A stretch of 64,000 bases of DNA, from positions 1,599 through 65,598 of the forward strand of contig CALVPY010000009.1 of NCBI GenBank assembly GCA_944354535.1, read 5' to 3'. The translations under genes and the position numbers were made by a program. Below, piece after piece: positions 1-9,381 of the stretch. The notes beneath the pieces were generated by a model, which saw nothing but the letters and a program-made list of their open reading frames with translations, was not told the origin of the DNA and searched no databases. The stretch is from an uncultured Clostridia bacterium (GTDB lineage Bacteria > Bacillota > Clostridia > Christensenellales > Borkfalkiaceae). The first letter of the stretch is position 1. Every line of letters starts with the position of its first letter.

Positions 1-2007
1 AACGAGATCGCAGACAGCGAACTCTTCGACGGCGAAGCGCAGGACTTCACGCGGGAGCGTACCGCATATGCGGTCAAGACGCTCACCTACGGCGGCGCAC
101 TCGAACCGCAGCCCAACGAAGGGATCGGCGAAGTGTACCGCCTTTCCCCCAAGCAGATATTGAGAACGCCCAAAGGGGAGACCGTCCTCGACTTCGGCGA
201 AAACATCTCGGGCTTTGTTTCGCTCACCGTAAACGGCGCGCGCGGGCAGAAGATCGTCCTCCGCCATGCGGAAGTGCTCGACAAAGAGGGCAACTTTTAC
301 ACCGAAAACTTACGCCGCGCGAAAGCGACGGACAGCTACATTCTTGCAGGCGGCAGGCAGGTCCTCAGCCCGCACTTCACCTTCCACGGCTTCCGCTATG
401 CGGCGGTGGAGGGCGTCGATCCCGACGAATGCACCTTCGAAGCCGTCGCGCTCTCCTCCCGCCTCCGCGAGACGGGGCAGATCCAAACTTCCGACCCCGC
501 CTTAAACAGGCTTATTTCCAACATCAAGCGCAGCCAGCGCGATAACTTTCTGGATGTTCCCACCGATTGCCCTCAGCGGGATGAGCGCTGCGGCTGGACG
601 GCGGACGCCAACGTCTTTGCGGAGACGGCGGCATACAACTATGATGTAAAGCGCTTCTTCCGCAAGTGGCTGCGCGATCTCGTTGCAGAGCAGCTTCCCG
701 ACGGTTCTATCCCGTATATCGTTCCCAACGTCGGCGGCGGAACGGGTACGGCGGCGCTCTGGGCGGACGCCGTCACCATGATCCCGTTCACGATGTACAG
801 AATGTACGGCGAGCTTTCCTTCCTCGAAGAAGCCTATCCCGCCATGCAGAAGTATGCCGGGAAGGTGCTTTCGGGGATGGAAAACGGCCTCATCCGCAGC
901 GGCTTCCAGTACGGCGATTGGCTCGCCCTCGACCGAGACGAGCTCATGCCCGCCACGGGCCCCGGCAGTACCGATAGTTACTTCGTTGCCAACGTCTTTT
1001 TTCAGCATTCCCTCTGCATCCTGCGCGATGCTGCGGCGCTTTTGGGCCGCGAGGCGGAAGCGGGGGAATACCGCGTTTTGCAGGAGGAGCACCTCTCTGC
1101 TGTCCGCCGCGAATATTTCACCCCGACGGGCCGCATGGTCTCCGAAACGCAGACGGCGCTCACGCTCGCGCTGTATTTCCACATCGCGCCCGACGAGTTC
1201 CGCTCCGCCCTTGCCGCCCGTCTCGCTGCAAACCTCGAGCGCCACGGCAACCACCTCACGACGGGCTTTGCGGGCACGCCCTATCTCCTCTTCGCGCTCT
1301 CTGAAAACGGCTATCACGACCGCGCCGTCTCCCTTCTTTTAAGTCACAGCTACCCAGGCTGGCTGCACGCCGTCGATCGGGGCGCAACGACGATCTGGGA
1401 GCGCTGGAACGGCATCAAAGAGGACGGCACGTTTTCCGATCCTTCCATGAACAGCTTCAACCACTATGCCTACGGCTCGGTGGGGGCGTTCCTCTACCGC
1501 GGCATTGCGGGCATTGCGCCTTTGGAGCCCGGCTTTTCTAAAATTTCCCTCACGCCCCGCCTTTCCAAGGGGCTTCCCGTGTTCCAGGCGTCCTTTGAAA
1601 GCCCGCACGGCGTCATCCGCTGCGGCTATCGGGCGGCAGGGGGAGAGGCGAGGATCGAAGTTACCGTTCCGCAAGGCGTCACGGCGGAGCTCGCTCTCCC
1701 GAACGGCGAGCAGCATACCCTCGAAGGGGGAGCATACTCCTTCACCGTTCCCTGCGGCGACCTTTCGCCCGAGCGCCTCACGCTCGATACGAAGGTGGGC
1801 GACATCCTCTCCGATCCCGCCTTGCTGGCTGCCGTCAACAAGGTGAGCGGCAACCTCTTTGCAAGCCCCCGCATGGCGGCGGTCAAAGATATGACCGTCC
1901 GCGAGATGGCGCGCCTCGGAGGCGATGCTTCGGGGGAGCGCATGAAGACAATGCTTTCTTCCGCCAATGCCCTGCTCAATCACCAAGACATCCCGAAAGG
2001 AGAATAA
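1..2007 (+). CDS. alpha-L-rhamnosidase, GH78 family (5' end cut by window edge)
   Basis: Frame 1 is open from nt 1 (NEIADSELFDGEAQ...). It aligns colinearly with the C-terminal two thirds of the full-length 900-aa paralog at 26102-28804. Six-hairpin motif DVPTDCPQRDERCGWTADA is present. The ATG at 133 is therefore internal. Confidence 0.85.
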   Translation, partial: NEIADSELFDGEAQDFTRERTAYAVKTLTYGGALEPQPNEGIGEVYRLSPKQILRTPKGETVLDFGENISGFVSLTVNGARGQKIVLRHAEVLDKEGNFYTENLRRAKATDSYILAGGRQVLSPHFTFHGFRYAAVEGVDPDECTFEAVALSSRLRETGQIQTSDPALNRLISNIKRSQRDNFLDVPTDCPQRDERCGWTADANVFAETAAYNYDVKRFFRKWLRDLVAEQLPDGSIPYIVPNVGGGTGTAALWADAVTMIPFTMYRMYGELSFLEEAYPAMQKYAGKVLSGMENGLIRSGFQYGDWLALDRDELMPATGPGSTDSYFVANVFFQHSLCILRDAAALLGREAEAGEYRVLQEEHLSAVRREYFTPTGRMVSETQTALTLALYFHIAPDEFRSALAARLAANLERHGNHLTTGFAGTPYLLFALSENGYHDRAVSLLLSHSYPGWLHAVDRGATTIWERWNGIKEDGTFSDPSMNSFNHYAYGSVGAFLYRGIAGIAPLEPGFSKISLTPRLSKGLPVFQASFESPHGVIRCGYRAAGGEARIEVTVPQGVTAELALPNGEQHTLEGGAYSFTVPCGDLSPERLTLDTKVGDILSDPALLAAVNKVSGNLFASPRMAAVKDMTVREMARLGGDASGERMKTMLSSANALLNHQDIPKGE

Positions 2008-2008
2008 A

Positions 2009-2836
2009 ATGCCCACAGCTTTGCATGAATTTACAAAAACCAAGCCCTTTCTTCTCTGCGTCGACAGCGACGGCTGCGCGATGGACACCATGAACATCAA
2101 GCACTTTCGCTGCTTCGGCCCCTGTTTTGCGGACGAGTGGGGCTTGAAGGAGGGCTGCGACGCCGCCTTAAAGCGCTGGAACGAGATCAATCTCTTTTCC
2201 ATGACGCGCGGCATCAACCGCTTTTTGGGCCTTGCCCACATTCTGACGGAGCTTTTCCCCGACGATCAAGACGTCGCGGCATTCGCGCAGTGGGCAAACA
2301 ACAGCAAAGAACTTTCCGAGCGCGCCGTCGAAGTCCACGCTGCCGAAAACCCCGTCTTTTTGAAGGCGCTTTCCTGGTCGCGCGCCGTCAACAAGGCGAT
2401 CGGCGCTCTTTCCGACGAGGAAAAAGCCGCCTTTGGCGGCGTCCGTGACGTCCTCCAAGAGGCGCACAAGTCCTTCGATATCGCCGTCGTCTCCAGCGCC
2501 AACTATGCGGCGGTCGAGGAGGAGTGGTCGCGCTGCGGCCTCCTTGCTCACGTCGACGTCCTCACGACTCAGCAGGACGGCTCCAAATCTCACTGCATTG
2601 CAGAACTCCTCAAAAAGGGGTACGCGCCCCAAAGCGCCGTCATGTGCGGCGACGCTCCGGGCGACGAGAAGGCGGCAAACGAAAACGGCGTTCTCTTCTA
2701 TCCCATCCTCGTAAAGAATGAGGAAGCCTCGTGGGAAGCGCTTCCCGCCTTCCTCGGCCTTGTCAAAGAGGGAAACGCGGAAGGGGAGGCGGACCGCCTC
2801 AAAGCGGCGTTTTTCCGCAATCTCGGCGGAAATTGA
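2009..2836 (+). CDS. HAD-superfamily hydrolase (phosphatase-like)
   Basis: AAAGGAGA lies 6 nt before the ATG at 2009, and the 1967 start would overlap the upstream gene. HAD motifs are present: motif I CVDSDGC, motif II VVSSA, motif IV GDAPGDEKAA. Confidence 0.65.
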   Translation: MPTALHEFTKTKPFLLCVDSDGCAMDTMNIKHFRCFGPCFADEWGLKEGCDAALKRWNEINLFSMTRGINRFLGLAHILTELFPDDQDVAAFAQWANNSKELSERAVEVHAAENPVFLKALSWSRAVNKAIGALSDEEKAAFGGVRDVLQEAHKSFDIAVVSSANYAAVEEEWSRCGLLAHVDVLTTQQDGSKSHCIAELLKKGYAPQSAVMCGDAPGDEKAANENGVLFYPILVKNEEASWEALPAFLGLVKEGNAEGEADRLKAAFFRNLGGN

Positions 2837-2941
2837 TGCGCCGCGGCAAACAAATACAAAAATTTGTCATCATTCCATAAATTCTGATAGAAAAATGCAG
2901 CCAAGTGTGCTATCATTTTAGGGAAAACAAGGAGGAAATCT

Positions 2942-3766
2942 ATGAAACTGCCTTTTCAAGTCGATCTGAGCAACAAAGTCGTCGCCGTCACGGGTGCGGG
3001 CGGCGTCCTCATGAGCGAGTTTGCCCGCGCTCTTGCGGAGTGCGGCGCTAAGGTCACCCTTCTCGACATCAACTACGATGCCGCCAAAGCGGTTGCCGAT
3101 GAGCTCGGCGAAAACGCCATCGCCGTCCGCTGCAACTGCCTCGATAAAGAGAGCATCAAGGCGGCAAAAGAGGAGGTGAACGAAGCGTTCGGCGCCGTCA
3201 ACTTCCTCATCAACGGCGCGGGCGGCAACAATCCGCGCGCCACGACGGACAACGAAACGGCAGCCGAGGAAGCGCAGAAGGACTTCTTCGCCCTCGACGA
3301 GAGCGGAATCAGATTCGTGTTCGACCTTAACATCACGACGGCGTTCCTCGTTACGCAGGTCTTTGCCGCCGACATGGTAAAGACGGGCGGCAACATCATC
3401 AACATCTCCTCGATGAACGCCTACCGCCCCTTGACCAAGATCCCCGCTTATTCTGCGGCAAAGGCGGGCATCAGTAACTTCACGCAGTGGCTCGCCGTGC
3501 ATTTTGCCTCGAAGGGCATCCGCTGCAATGCCATCGCGCCCGGATTTTTCGTCACCAATCAGAACCGCGCCCTCCTTTTCAATGAGGACGGCACGCCCAC
3601 GGCGCGCACGGGCAAAATTTTAGCCGCCACGCCCATGAAGAAGTTCGGCGAAACAAAGGACCTTCTCGGCGCGTTATTGTGGCTCTCCGACGACGAAGCC
3701 AGCGGCTTTGTGACGGGCACGGTGATCCCCGTCGACGGCGGCTTTTCGGCATACTCCGGCGTTTGA
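2942..3766 (+). CDS. uxuB: SDR-family oxidoreductase, D-mannonate/fructuronate oxidoreductase type (UxuB-like)
   Basis: RBS AAGGAGG precedes the start. It has the Rossmann motif VTGAGGVLM, the SDR catalytic YSAAK, and the C-terminal PVDGGFSAYSGV typical of SDR-type mannonate oxidoreductases. It shares an operon with uxaC, uxuA and eda. Confidence 0.7.
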   Translation: MKLPFQVDLSNKVVAVTGAGGVLMSEFARALAECGAKVTLLDINYDAAKAVADELGENAIAVRCNCLDKESIKAAKEEVNEAFGAVNFLINGAGGNNPRATTDNETAAEEAQKDFFALDESGIRFVFDLNITTAFLVTQVFAADMVKTGGNIINISSMNAYRPLTKIPAYSAAKAGISNFTQWLAVHFASKGIRCNAIAPGFFVTNQNRALLFNEDGTPTARTGKILAATPMKKFGETKDLLGALLWLSDDEASGFVTGTVIPVDGGFSAYSGV

Positions 3767-3958
3767 GCGTGCATTCATCGTGCATGGCGGTGTCGGGCTT
3801 GCGTTTCGCTTCGGGTCATGTATGTCTGAATACACTCCCCTCGCAAAGCCGCGCCCTCCTTGCCCTGCACGCGACTGCCCACTCAAACAAGTTTAAGCGC
3901 GCATTCATCGCGCCATACTTTGTCGCCCTGCGGCAACTTTCATCTTAAGGAGTTCATC

Positions 3959-5014
3959 ATGTACACTGCATTCACTCCCGGCGCCCCCTGGCTCGATACC
4001 GACGGCAAGCGCATCCAGGCGCACGGCGGGCAGATCTTTGAGGAGAACGGCACCTACTACTGGCTCGGGGAAAACAAAGAGCACACCACGGGCGAAGACG
4101 AAGTCTGGACGTGGGGCGTGCGCCTCTATTCCTCAAGTGACCTCATGAATTGGCAGGACGAAGGGCTCATCGTGCCGCCCGACCTTGAAAACAGGGAGAG
4201 CATCCTGCATCCCGCGCGTCATCTCGACCGCCCGCACCTTCTTTATAACGAAAAGACGAAAAAGTACGTCCTCTGGCTCAAATTCTGCGACGATTCGCAC
4301 TACGCCGTCCTCACGGCGGACTCTCTCAGAGGCCCCTACACGATCGTAAATTCCCGTTATTTCCCGTACGGCCGCAAGTGCGGCGACTTCGACCTTTATA
4401 AGGACGAAAAGGGCAATGCTTACATCTATTTCGAAGCCGACCACACCGACCTTCTGGGCGCGCACCTTTCCGCCGACTACACGCAGGTGGAAGGGGAGCC
4501 TGTCGCCATCTATTCGGGCAGAAAGCCGCCCGAAACGCGCGAAGCGCCCACCCATTTCGTGCGCGGCGGCCGCCATTATCTTCTGACGAGCGGCATGACG
4601 GGCTATCGCCCCAATCCCTCGGAAGCGGCGGTCTCCGACGATCCGCTCCACGGCTACACCGTCCTCGGCGACCTTTCAGAGGGCGACCCTTCCAACACCA
4701 CCTTCCACTCGCAGCCCACCTGCGTCATCGAAGTGAACGGGCGGTTTCTGTATTTGGGAGACAGGTGGATGCCCGAGCTCAACGAATGGAGCTACACGGG
4801 CGATCCCCGTCCCGATCCCGCCACGCAGAAAAAGATCATGGCAAAGCTCAAAGAGCTCGGCCTCGACCCCGTCCGCGACCGCGAAGAGGCGATGAAGGTC
4901 GCCATCCACATGTCGGAAGCGTGCAACACCTCGCTCGCCGACTATGTGTTCCTTCCCCTGGAGTGGGAAGGGAAACGCCCCGTTCTCCGCTGGAAAGATA
5001 CCTGGAAACTTTGA
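3959..5014 (+). CDS. glycoside hydrolase family 43 (N-terminus resembles GH43_24 exo-beta-1,3-galactanase type)
   Basis: AAGGAG lies 7 nt before the ATG at 3959. The N-terminus WLDTDGKRIQAHGGQIFEENGTYYWLGENK is recalled as typical of the GH43_24 beta-propeller. It is ~60% identical by eye to the paralog at 28804-29850. No signal peptide. Confidence 0.75.
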   Translation: MYTAFTPGAPWLDTDGKRIQAHGGQIFEENGTYYWLGENKEHTTGEDEVWTWGVRLYSSSDLMNWQDEGLIVPPDLENRESILHPARHLDRPHLLYNEKTKKYVLWLKFCDDSHYAVLTADSLRGPYTIVNSRYFPYGRKCGDFDLYKDEKGNAYIYFEADHTDLLGAHLSADYTQVEGEPVAIYSGRKPPETREAPTHFVRGGRHYLLTSGMTGYRPNPSEAAVSDDPLHGYTVLGDLSEGDPSNTTFHSQPTCVIEVNGRFLYLGDRWMPELNEWSYTGDPRPDPATQKKIMAKLKELGLDPVRDREEAMKVAIHMSEACNTSLADYVFLPLEWEGKRPVLRWKDTWKL

Positions 5015-5048
5015 GCGTGCAATGAAACAAATCAAATAAGGAGAAAAT

Positions 5049-6377
5049 ATGAAATCTTTCTTCGGGCCCGACCTGCTTTTGAACAGCGAGGCGGCGAAAA
5101 AGATCTATGCGGAAGTCAAAGACCTTCCCATCATCGACTATCACTGTCATCTCGATCAGTATAAGATCAAAGAGGACGCCAAGTTCCAGAATATCGGCGA
5201 ACTCTGGCTTTCGGGCGATCACTACAAATGGCGTGCGATGCGCCTTTGCGGGGTGGGGGAGGAGTTCATCACGGGCAACAGCTCGTGGCGCGAAAAGTTC
5301 CGCGCCTACGCCTCCGTCCTTCCCAAACTTGCGGGGAACCCGCTCTACTATTGGACGCACATGGAGCTTCAGCAGGTGTTCGGCATCTTCGAACCGCTGA
5401 GCGCGGAAAGCGCCGACCGCATCTTTGACGCCGCCAACGAAAAGCTTCAGAATATCTCCGTTTCCACTCTTTTGAAGCAGTACAAGGTGGAGTTCGTCGC
5501 GACGACGGACGACCCGTGCGACGACCTTGCTGCCCACGGAAAATACGGCGGAACGATCGTTGCGCCCACCTTCCGCCCCGATAAGCTCTTCACGCTCGAC
5601 GAGGCGTATCTTGAGCGTTTGGGCGAGACTGCGGGGGAGGACGTGAGCACATTAGCAGGGCTCTTAAATGCCGTCGAAAAGCGCCTTGTCTACTTCATTT
5701 CCCGCGGATGCCGCATCTCAGATCACGGATTTTACCGCTTTGCACAGTATTATGTCACGCATAATACTGCTGAAAAGCTGTATTTGGAGCGCAAAACGCT
5801 CAATGAAGAGCAAAAAGAGGCGCTCTTTGGCTATCTCCTCGTCGAGCTCGCCCGCCTCTATAAAAAGCATCATATCATCATGCAGCTGCACTTTGCCGTG
5901 ACGCGCAACGTCAACGCCCCCATGTTCGCAAAGTGCGGGGCAGACGCGGGCTTCGACGTCATCGCCGACCGCTCTCCCATTCAAAGCGTCATTCAATTCT
6001 TCGGGCAACTATCCGATGAAGAACGCCCCGAAACCATTTTATATACTTTGAACGATTCCGAGCTCCCCGCGCTCGCCTGCCTCACGGGCGCCTTCCGCCA
6101 TGTGAAGATGGGCGCCGCGTGGTGGTTCAACGATACCGTACAAGGCATCCGCAAAAATCTCTCCACGATCGCAGAGTATTCCGCCCTCGGAACAAACTAC
6201 GGGATGCTCACCGACAGCCGTTCGTTCTCCTCTTACGCCCGCTTCGACTTCTTCCGCCGCATCCTTTCCGATCATCTCGGGAGCCTTGTCGAGAGGGGCG
6301 AGTACGACCTTTCCGCCGCGTATAAGACGGCAAAGAACATCAGCTACTACAACATCAAGGAGGCGCTTAAATTATGA
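5049..6377 (+). CDS. uxaC: glucuronate isomerase (uronate isomerase)
   Basis: RBS AAGGAGA. The N-terminal LLLNSEAAKKIYAEVKDLPIIDYHCHL is the hallmark UxaC start. Length is 442 aa. Its stop overlaps the uxuA start. Confidence 0.9.
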   Translation: MKSFFGPDLLLNSEAAKKIYAEVKDLPIIDYHCHLDQYKIKEDAKFQNIGELWLSGDHYKWRAMRLCGVGEEFITGNSSWREKFRAYASVLPKLAGNPLYYWTHMELQQVFGIFEPLSAESADRIFDAANEKLQNISVSTLLKQYKVEFVATTDDPCDDLAAHGKYGGTIVAPTFRPDKLFTLDEAYLERLGETAGEDVSTLAGLLNAVEKRLVYFISRGCRISDHGFYRFAQYYVTHNTAEKLYLERKTLNEEQKEALFGYLLVELARLYKKHHIIMQLHFAVTRNVNAPMFAKCGADAGFDVIADRSPIQSVIQFFGQLSDEERPETILYTLNDSELPALACLTGAFRHVKMGAAWWFNDTVQGIRKNLSTIAEYSALGTNYGMLTDSRSFSSYARFDFFRRILSDHLGSLVERGEYDLSAAYKTAKNISYYNIKEALKL

Positions 6378-7411
6378 AAATGACCTTCCGCTGGTACGGA
6401 GAGAGCGACTGCATCCCGCTTTCCTACATCAGGCAGATCCCCAACATGTCGGGCGTCGTCACGGCAGTTTACGATGTCCCCGTGGGCGAAGTCTGGCCGT
6501 GCGACAAGATCGCCCGTCTCAAAGAGCTGTGCGAACGAGCAGACCTTGAGATGGAAGTCATCGAGTCCGTCCCCGTGCATGAAGATATCAAGCTCGGCAA
6601 GCCCTCGCGCGACAGGCTTATCGCAAATTATGCCGAGACCATCCGCAATTTGGGCAAATTCGGCGTCAAATGCATCTGCTACAACTTCATGCCCGTTTTC
6701 GACTGGTTCCGCACCGACCTTCACTATGTGCAAAAGAACGGCGCTGTCTGCCTCGCGTATAAGCAAGCGGACTTTGAAAAGCTCGATAAGCACAACTTGC
6801 GCCTTCCCGGCTGGGACGAAAGCTACACCCCCGAAGAGCTTGGCGGCCTCCTCAAGGAGTACGAGCATATCTCGCACGAACAGCTGTTTGAAAACCTCGT
6901 GTATTTTTTGAACGGCATCATGCCCGCGTGCGACGAAACGGGCATCAACATGGCGATCCATCCCGACGACCCGCCCTGGGATATCTTCGGCCTTCCCCGC
7001 ATCGTCACGGGCGCGGAAAGCTACGAAAAGATGATAAACGCCGTTCCCAACGTTCACAACGGCTTCACCTTCTGCACGGGCAGCCTCGGCGCAGGCAGAT
7101 TTAACGACCTTCCCAAAATGGCGGAAAAGTACGCAAAACGCATTCATTTCGCCCATCTCCGTCAGCTTAAATTCGTCAACGAGACGGACTTCTACGAAAA
7201 CGGCCATCAGACGGAGGACGGCAACGTCGATATCTACGCCATCGTCAAGGCGCTCGAAGAGAACGGTTTTTCTGGCTATGTCCGCCCCGACCACGGCAGA
7301 AACATCTGGGGCGAGGAAGGAAAACCCGGCTACGGCCTTTACGACAGGGCGCTCGGCGCCGCCTATCTTTCCGGCCTCTTTGAAGCCGTCCGCAAGGAGG
7401 CAAACCAATGA
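6374..7411 (+). CDS. uxuA: mannonate dehydratase
   Basis: MKMTFRWYGESD is a UxuA signature N-terminus. It has 4-nt overlaps with uxaC (6374-6377) and eda (7408-7411). Confidence 0.9.
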   Translation: MKMTFRWYGESDCIPLSYIRQIPNMSGVVTAVYDVPVGEVWPCDKIARLKELCERADLEMEVIESVPVHEDIKLGKPSRDRLIANYAETIRNLGKFGVKCICYNFMPVFDWFRTDLHYVQKNGAVCLAYKQADFEKLDKHNLRLPGWDESYTPEELGGLLKEYEHISHEQLFENLVYFLNGIMPACDETGINMAIHPDDPPWDIFGLPRIVTGAESYEKMINAVPNVHNGFTFCTGSLGAGRFNDLPKMAEKYAKRIHFAHLRQLKFVNETDFYENGHQTEDGNVDIYAIVKALEENGFSGYVRPDHGRNIWGEEGKPGYGLYDRALGAAYLSGLFEAVRKEANQ

Positions 7412-8028
7412 ACGAAGTATTAGAACGGATCAAAGAATATAAGCTCGTGCCCGTCGTCACGTTAAAGTCGATCGAAGACGCCGAACTCACGCTCTCCGCG
7501 CTCATCAAAGGCGGGCTTCCCGTCGCGGAGATCTGCTTTCGCACCGAGTGCGCCGAGGAGGCGATCGCTCTCGCCGTCCGAAAATTCCCCGAGATGCTCG
7601 TGGGCGCGGGCACCGTCATCAATAAGGAGCAGTGTGAGCGCGCCATCGCGGCGGGGGCGAAGTTCATCGTCTCCCCGGGCTGCTCCAAAAAGGTCGCCAA
7701 AGTGTGCATGCGGGAAGGGATCCCCTATCTCCCCGGCGTCGTCACGCCGACGGAGGTCATCAAGGCGCTCTCTCTGGGGTACGATCACCTCAAATTCTTC
7801 CCCGCGGGCGACTTCGGGGGCTTAAAGACCATCAAGGCGCTCTCCGCCGCCTTCCCGCAGGTCAGCTTCATGCCGACGGGGGGCGTCGGAGCCGATAATC
7901 TCAACGAATACCTCTCTTTTCCTAAGATCTTCGCCTGCGGCGGCAGCTGGATGGTGAAGGGCACCCCCGAAGAGATCGAAGCGGCAGCCGCCTCCGCCGT
8001 CGCCCTCACCCGCGCGGCAAACCAATAG
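7408..8028 (+). CDS. eda: 2-dehydro-3-deoxyphosphogluconate (KDPG) / 4-hydroxy-2-oxoglutarate aldolase
   Basis: At 206 aa it has the Eda/KdgA pattern: VPVVTL, AEICFRTE, GAGTV, the Schiff-base lysine context LKFFPA, and PTGGV. Confidence 0.85.
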   Translation: MNEVLERIKEYKLVPVVTLKSIEDAELTLSALIKGGLPVAEICFRTECAEEAIALAVRKFPEMLVGAGTVINKEQCERAIAAGAKFIVSPGCSKKVAKVCMREGIPYLPGVVTPTEVIKALSLGYDHLKFFPAGDFGGLKTIKALSAAFPQVSFMPTGGVGADNLNEYLSFPKIFACGGSWMVKGTPEEIEAAAASAVALTRAANQ

Positions 8029-8170
8029 CCCGCCCCCCAAAGAGAAACGGCGCACCAAAAACCGCTGTGCTCCTCGCATCGGCGTCCCCAAAGCGGTCGC
8101 GCCCTTCGTAACGGCGGCGCACCGAAAACCGCCGAAGCACCTTACCAACCGAACATCCTTTATCTCCCCG

Positions 8171-8200
8171 AAAGGACGGCCGCATATCGGCCGTCCTTTT
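8171..8200 (+). terminator. rho-independent terminator after eda
   Basis: AAAGGACGGCCG-cata-TCGGCCGTCCTTTT is a perfect GC-rich stem followed by a T run. Confidence 0.6.
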
Positions 8201-8245
8201 CGCATCGCGGGTTTTTCGGGCGGTTTTATCGTTTTTATGCAAAGT

Positions 8246-8268
8246 AAAAAGAACGGGCTGCCCCGTTC
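8246..8268 (-). terminator. rho-independent terminator after the TetR gene
   Basis: GAACGGG-ctgc-CCCGTTC is preceded by AAAAA on the plus strand, which gives a T tract on the minus strand. Confidence 0.5.
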
Positions 8269-8345
8269 CTTATTGCTCCCGTTTCCGCCGCGCCGCTGAC
8301 TTTTGCCGCCGACTCTTCTTCTCCGCGGCGTCTTCATTCTCCCGC

Positions 8346-8984
8346 TCAAACTGCGGGCGTGGGGGAGTCCTTCAAATACGCCAAGACCATATCGGCAAGG
8401 CGGTGCAGCATTTCCTCGCCGAGCATCCGCGCCCTCGCGTCCTCAGAGAGTGTCTCGCAGTGGAAGGTATATCCCGCAAGCAGAACGGAGACGGTCGCCG
8501 TCAGCTCTTCGAGCGGCTTGTCGCTGCGGAACACGCCTGTCTCCTGCCCGCGCACGATCTGCTTTTCAAAGAGCAGGATGCGCGCCGGCCTGCGCTCCGC
8601 ATGCGCAGAGGGGGCGGTCGCAAGGTGCACCGAATACAAATTCATGAACAGAAGATCCTCATGCACCTCGGGCGAGAGGTCCTTGAAGGCGAGGATGGCA
8701 TAGCGGATGAGATTCTCGGGCGTATCCACCTCGGCGGCGTCCGCGATGCGCGCAAGATAGGAGTGCGCAACGAGCTCTTCCATGATGCCCGAAAGCACTT
8801 CGTCGAAATTCTTATAATAGTTGTAGAGCTGCTGGCGCGAGATCCCCGCCCGCACGGCGAGCTCGCTCATCGCCCCGTCGTAGATGCCGCGCTCTAAAAC
8901 GAGCTTCTTCGCTTCCGTCAGAATGATCTTCTTACGCTCCGCACGTTTTTCTTCAAACTTGTTCATGCCTTCAAGATAGCACAT
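8346..8984 (-). CDS. TetR/AcrR-family transcriptional regulator
   Basis: It has the N-terminal HTH ILTEAKKLVLERGIYDGAMSELAVRAGISRQQLYNYYKNFDEVL. It is divergent from the ABC exporter pair. The start could instead be the ATG at 8966. Confidence 0.85.
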   Translation of the reverse strand: MCYLEGMNKFEEKRAERKKIILTEAKKLVLERGIYDGAMSELAVRAGISRQQLYNYYKNFDEVLSGIMEELVAHSYLARIADAAEVDTPENLIRYAILAFKDLSPEVHEDLLFMNLYSVHLATAPSAHAERRPARILLFEKQIVRGQETGVFRSDKPLEELTATVSVLLAGYTFHCETLSEDARARMLGEEMLHRLADMVLAYLKDSPTPAV

Positions 8985-9053
8985 TTTCCCCCGAAAGGCA
9001 AGCGTTTGCGCAAAATTTCTTTACAACTCGTCAATCATTTTTGCCTTAAATAC

Positions 9054-9082
9054 TTGACAATATGTAAAGTTTATGCTACAAT
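9054..9082 (+). promoter_or_regulatory. sigma-70-type promoter for the ABC exporter operon
   Basis: TTGACA, 17 nt, TACAAT, with an extended TGC upstream of the -10 element. The palindrome ACTGTaagggaACAGT follows immediately. Confidence 0.6.
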
Positions 9083-9381
9083 ACTGTAAGGGAACAGTAC
9101 GAACCCGCTTTTGGCGGCATCTTTTGTGCGCCTTGCCGTTCATCGTCTTTGCAATACGGCGGTATTACCGCATCCTCTTCACGGCAAAGCATCTCAAAAT
9201 CTACTCGCCAAAAGTGCAAAGCAATCAAAAGCTGCGGTTTTGCCCCCAGACAAGGCAAGGGCTGCAGGCCGTGCCGAGCGCACGGTCAAGGGCCTTAACG
9301 CAGTATCGGGGCAAAATACGCGCTTTTGATCGGGTTCCTATTATTCCCTTACAGTATAGAGCAGAACAAAGGGAGGGCATC

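Noticed and set aside
2850-2941. Possible operator/promoter upstream of uxuB (ACAAATacaaaaATTTGT palindrome and TGCTATCAT extended -10)
   Set aside because: The -35 match is weak (TAGAAA) and the palindrome is only 6+6 bp of AT-rich sequence. This is plausible but too weak to list as a feature. It would need a known KdgR/ExuR/UxuR-type motif comparison.
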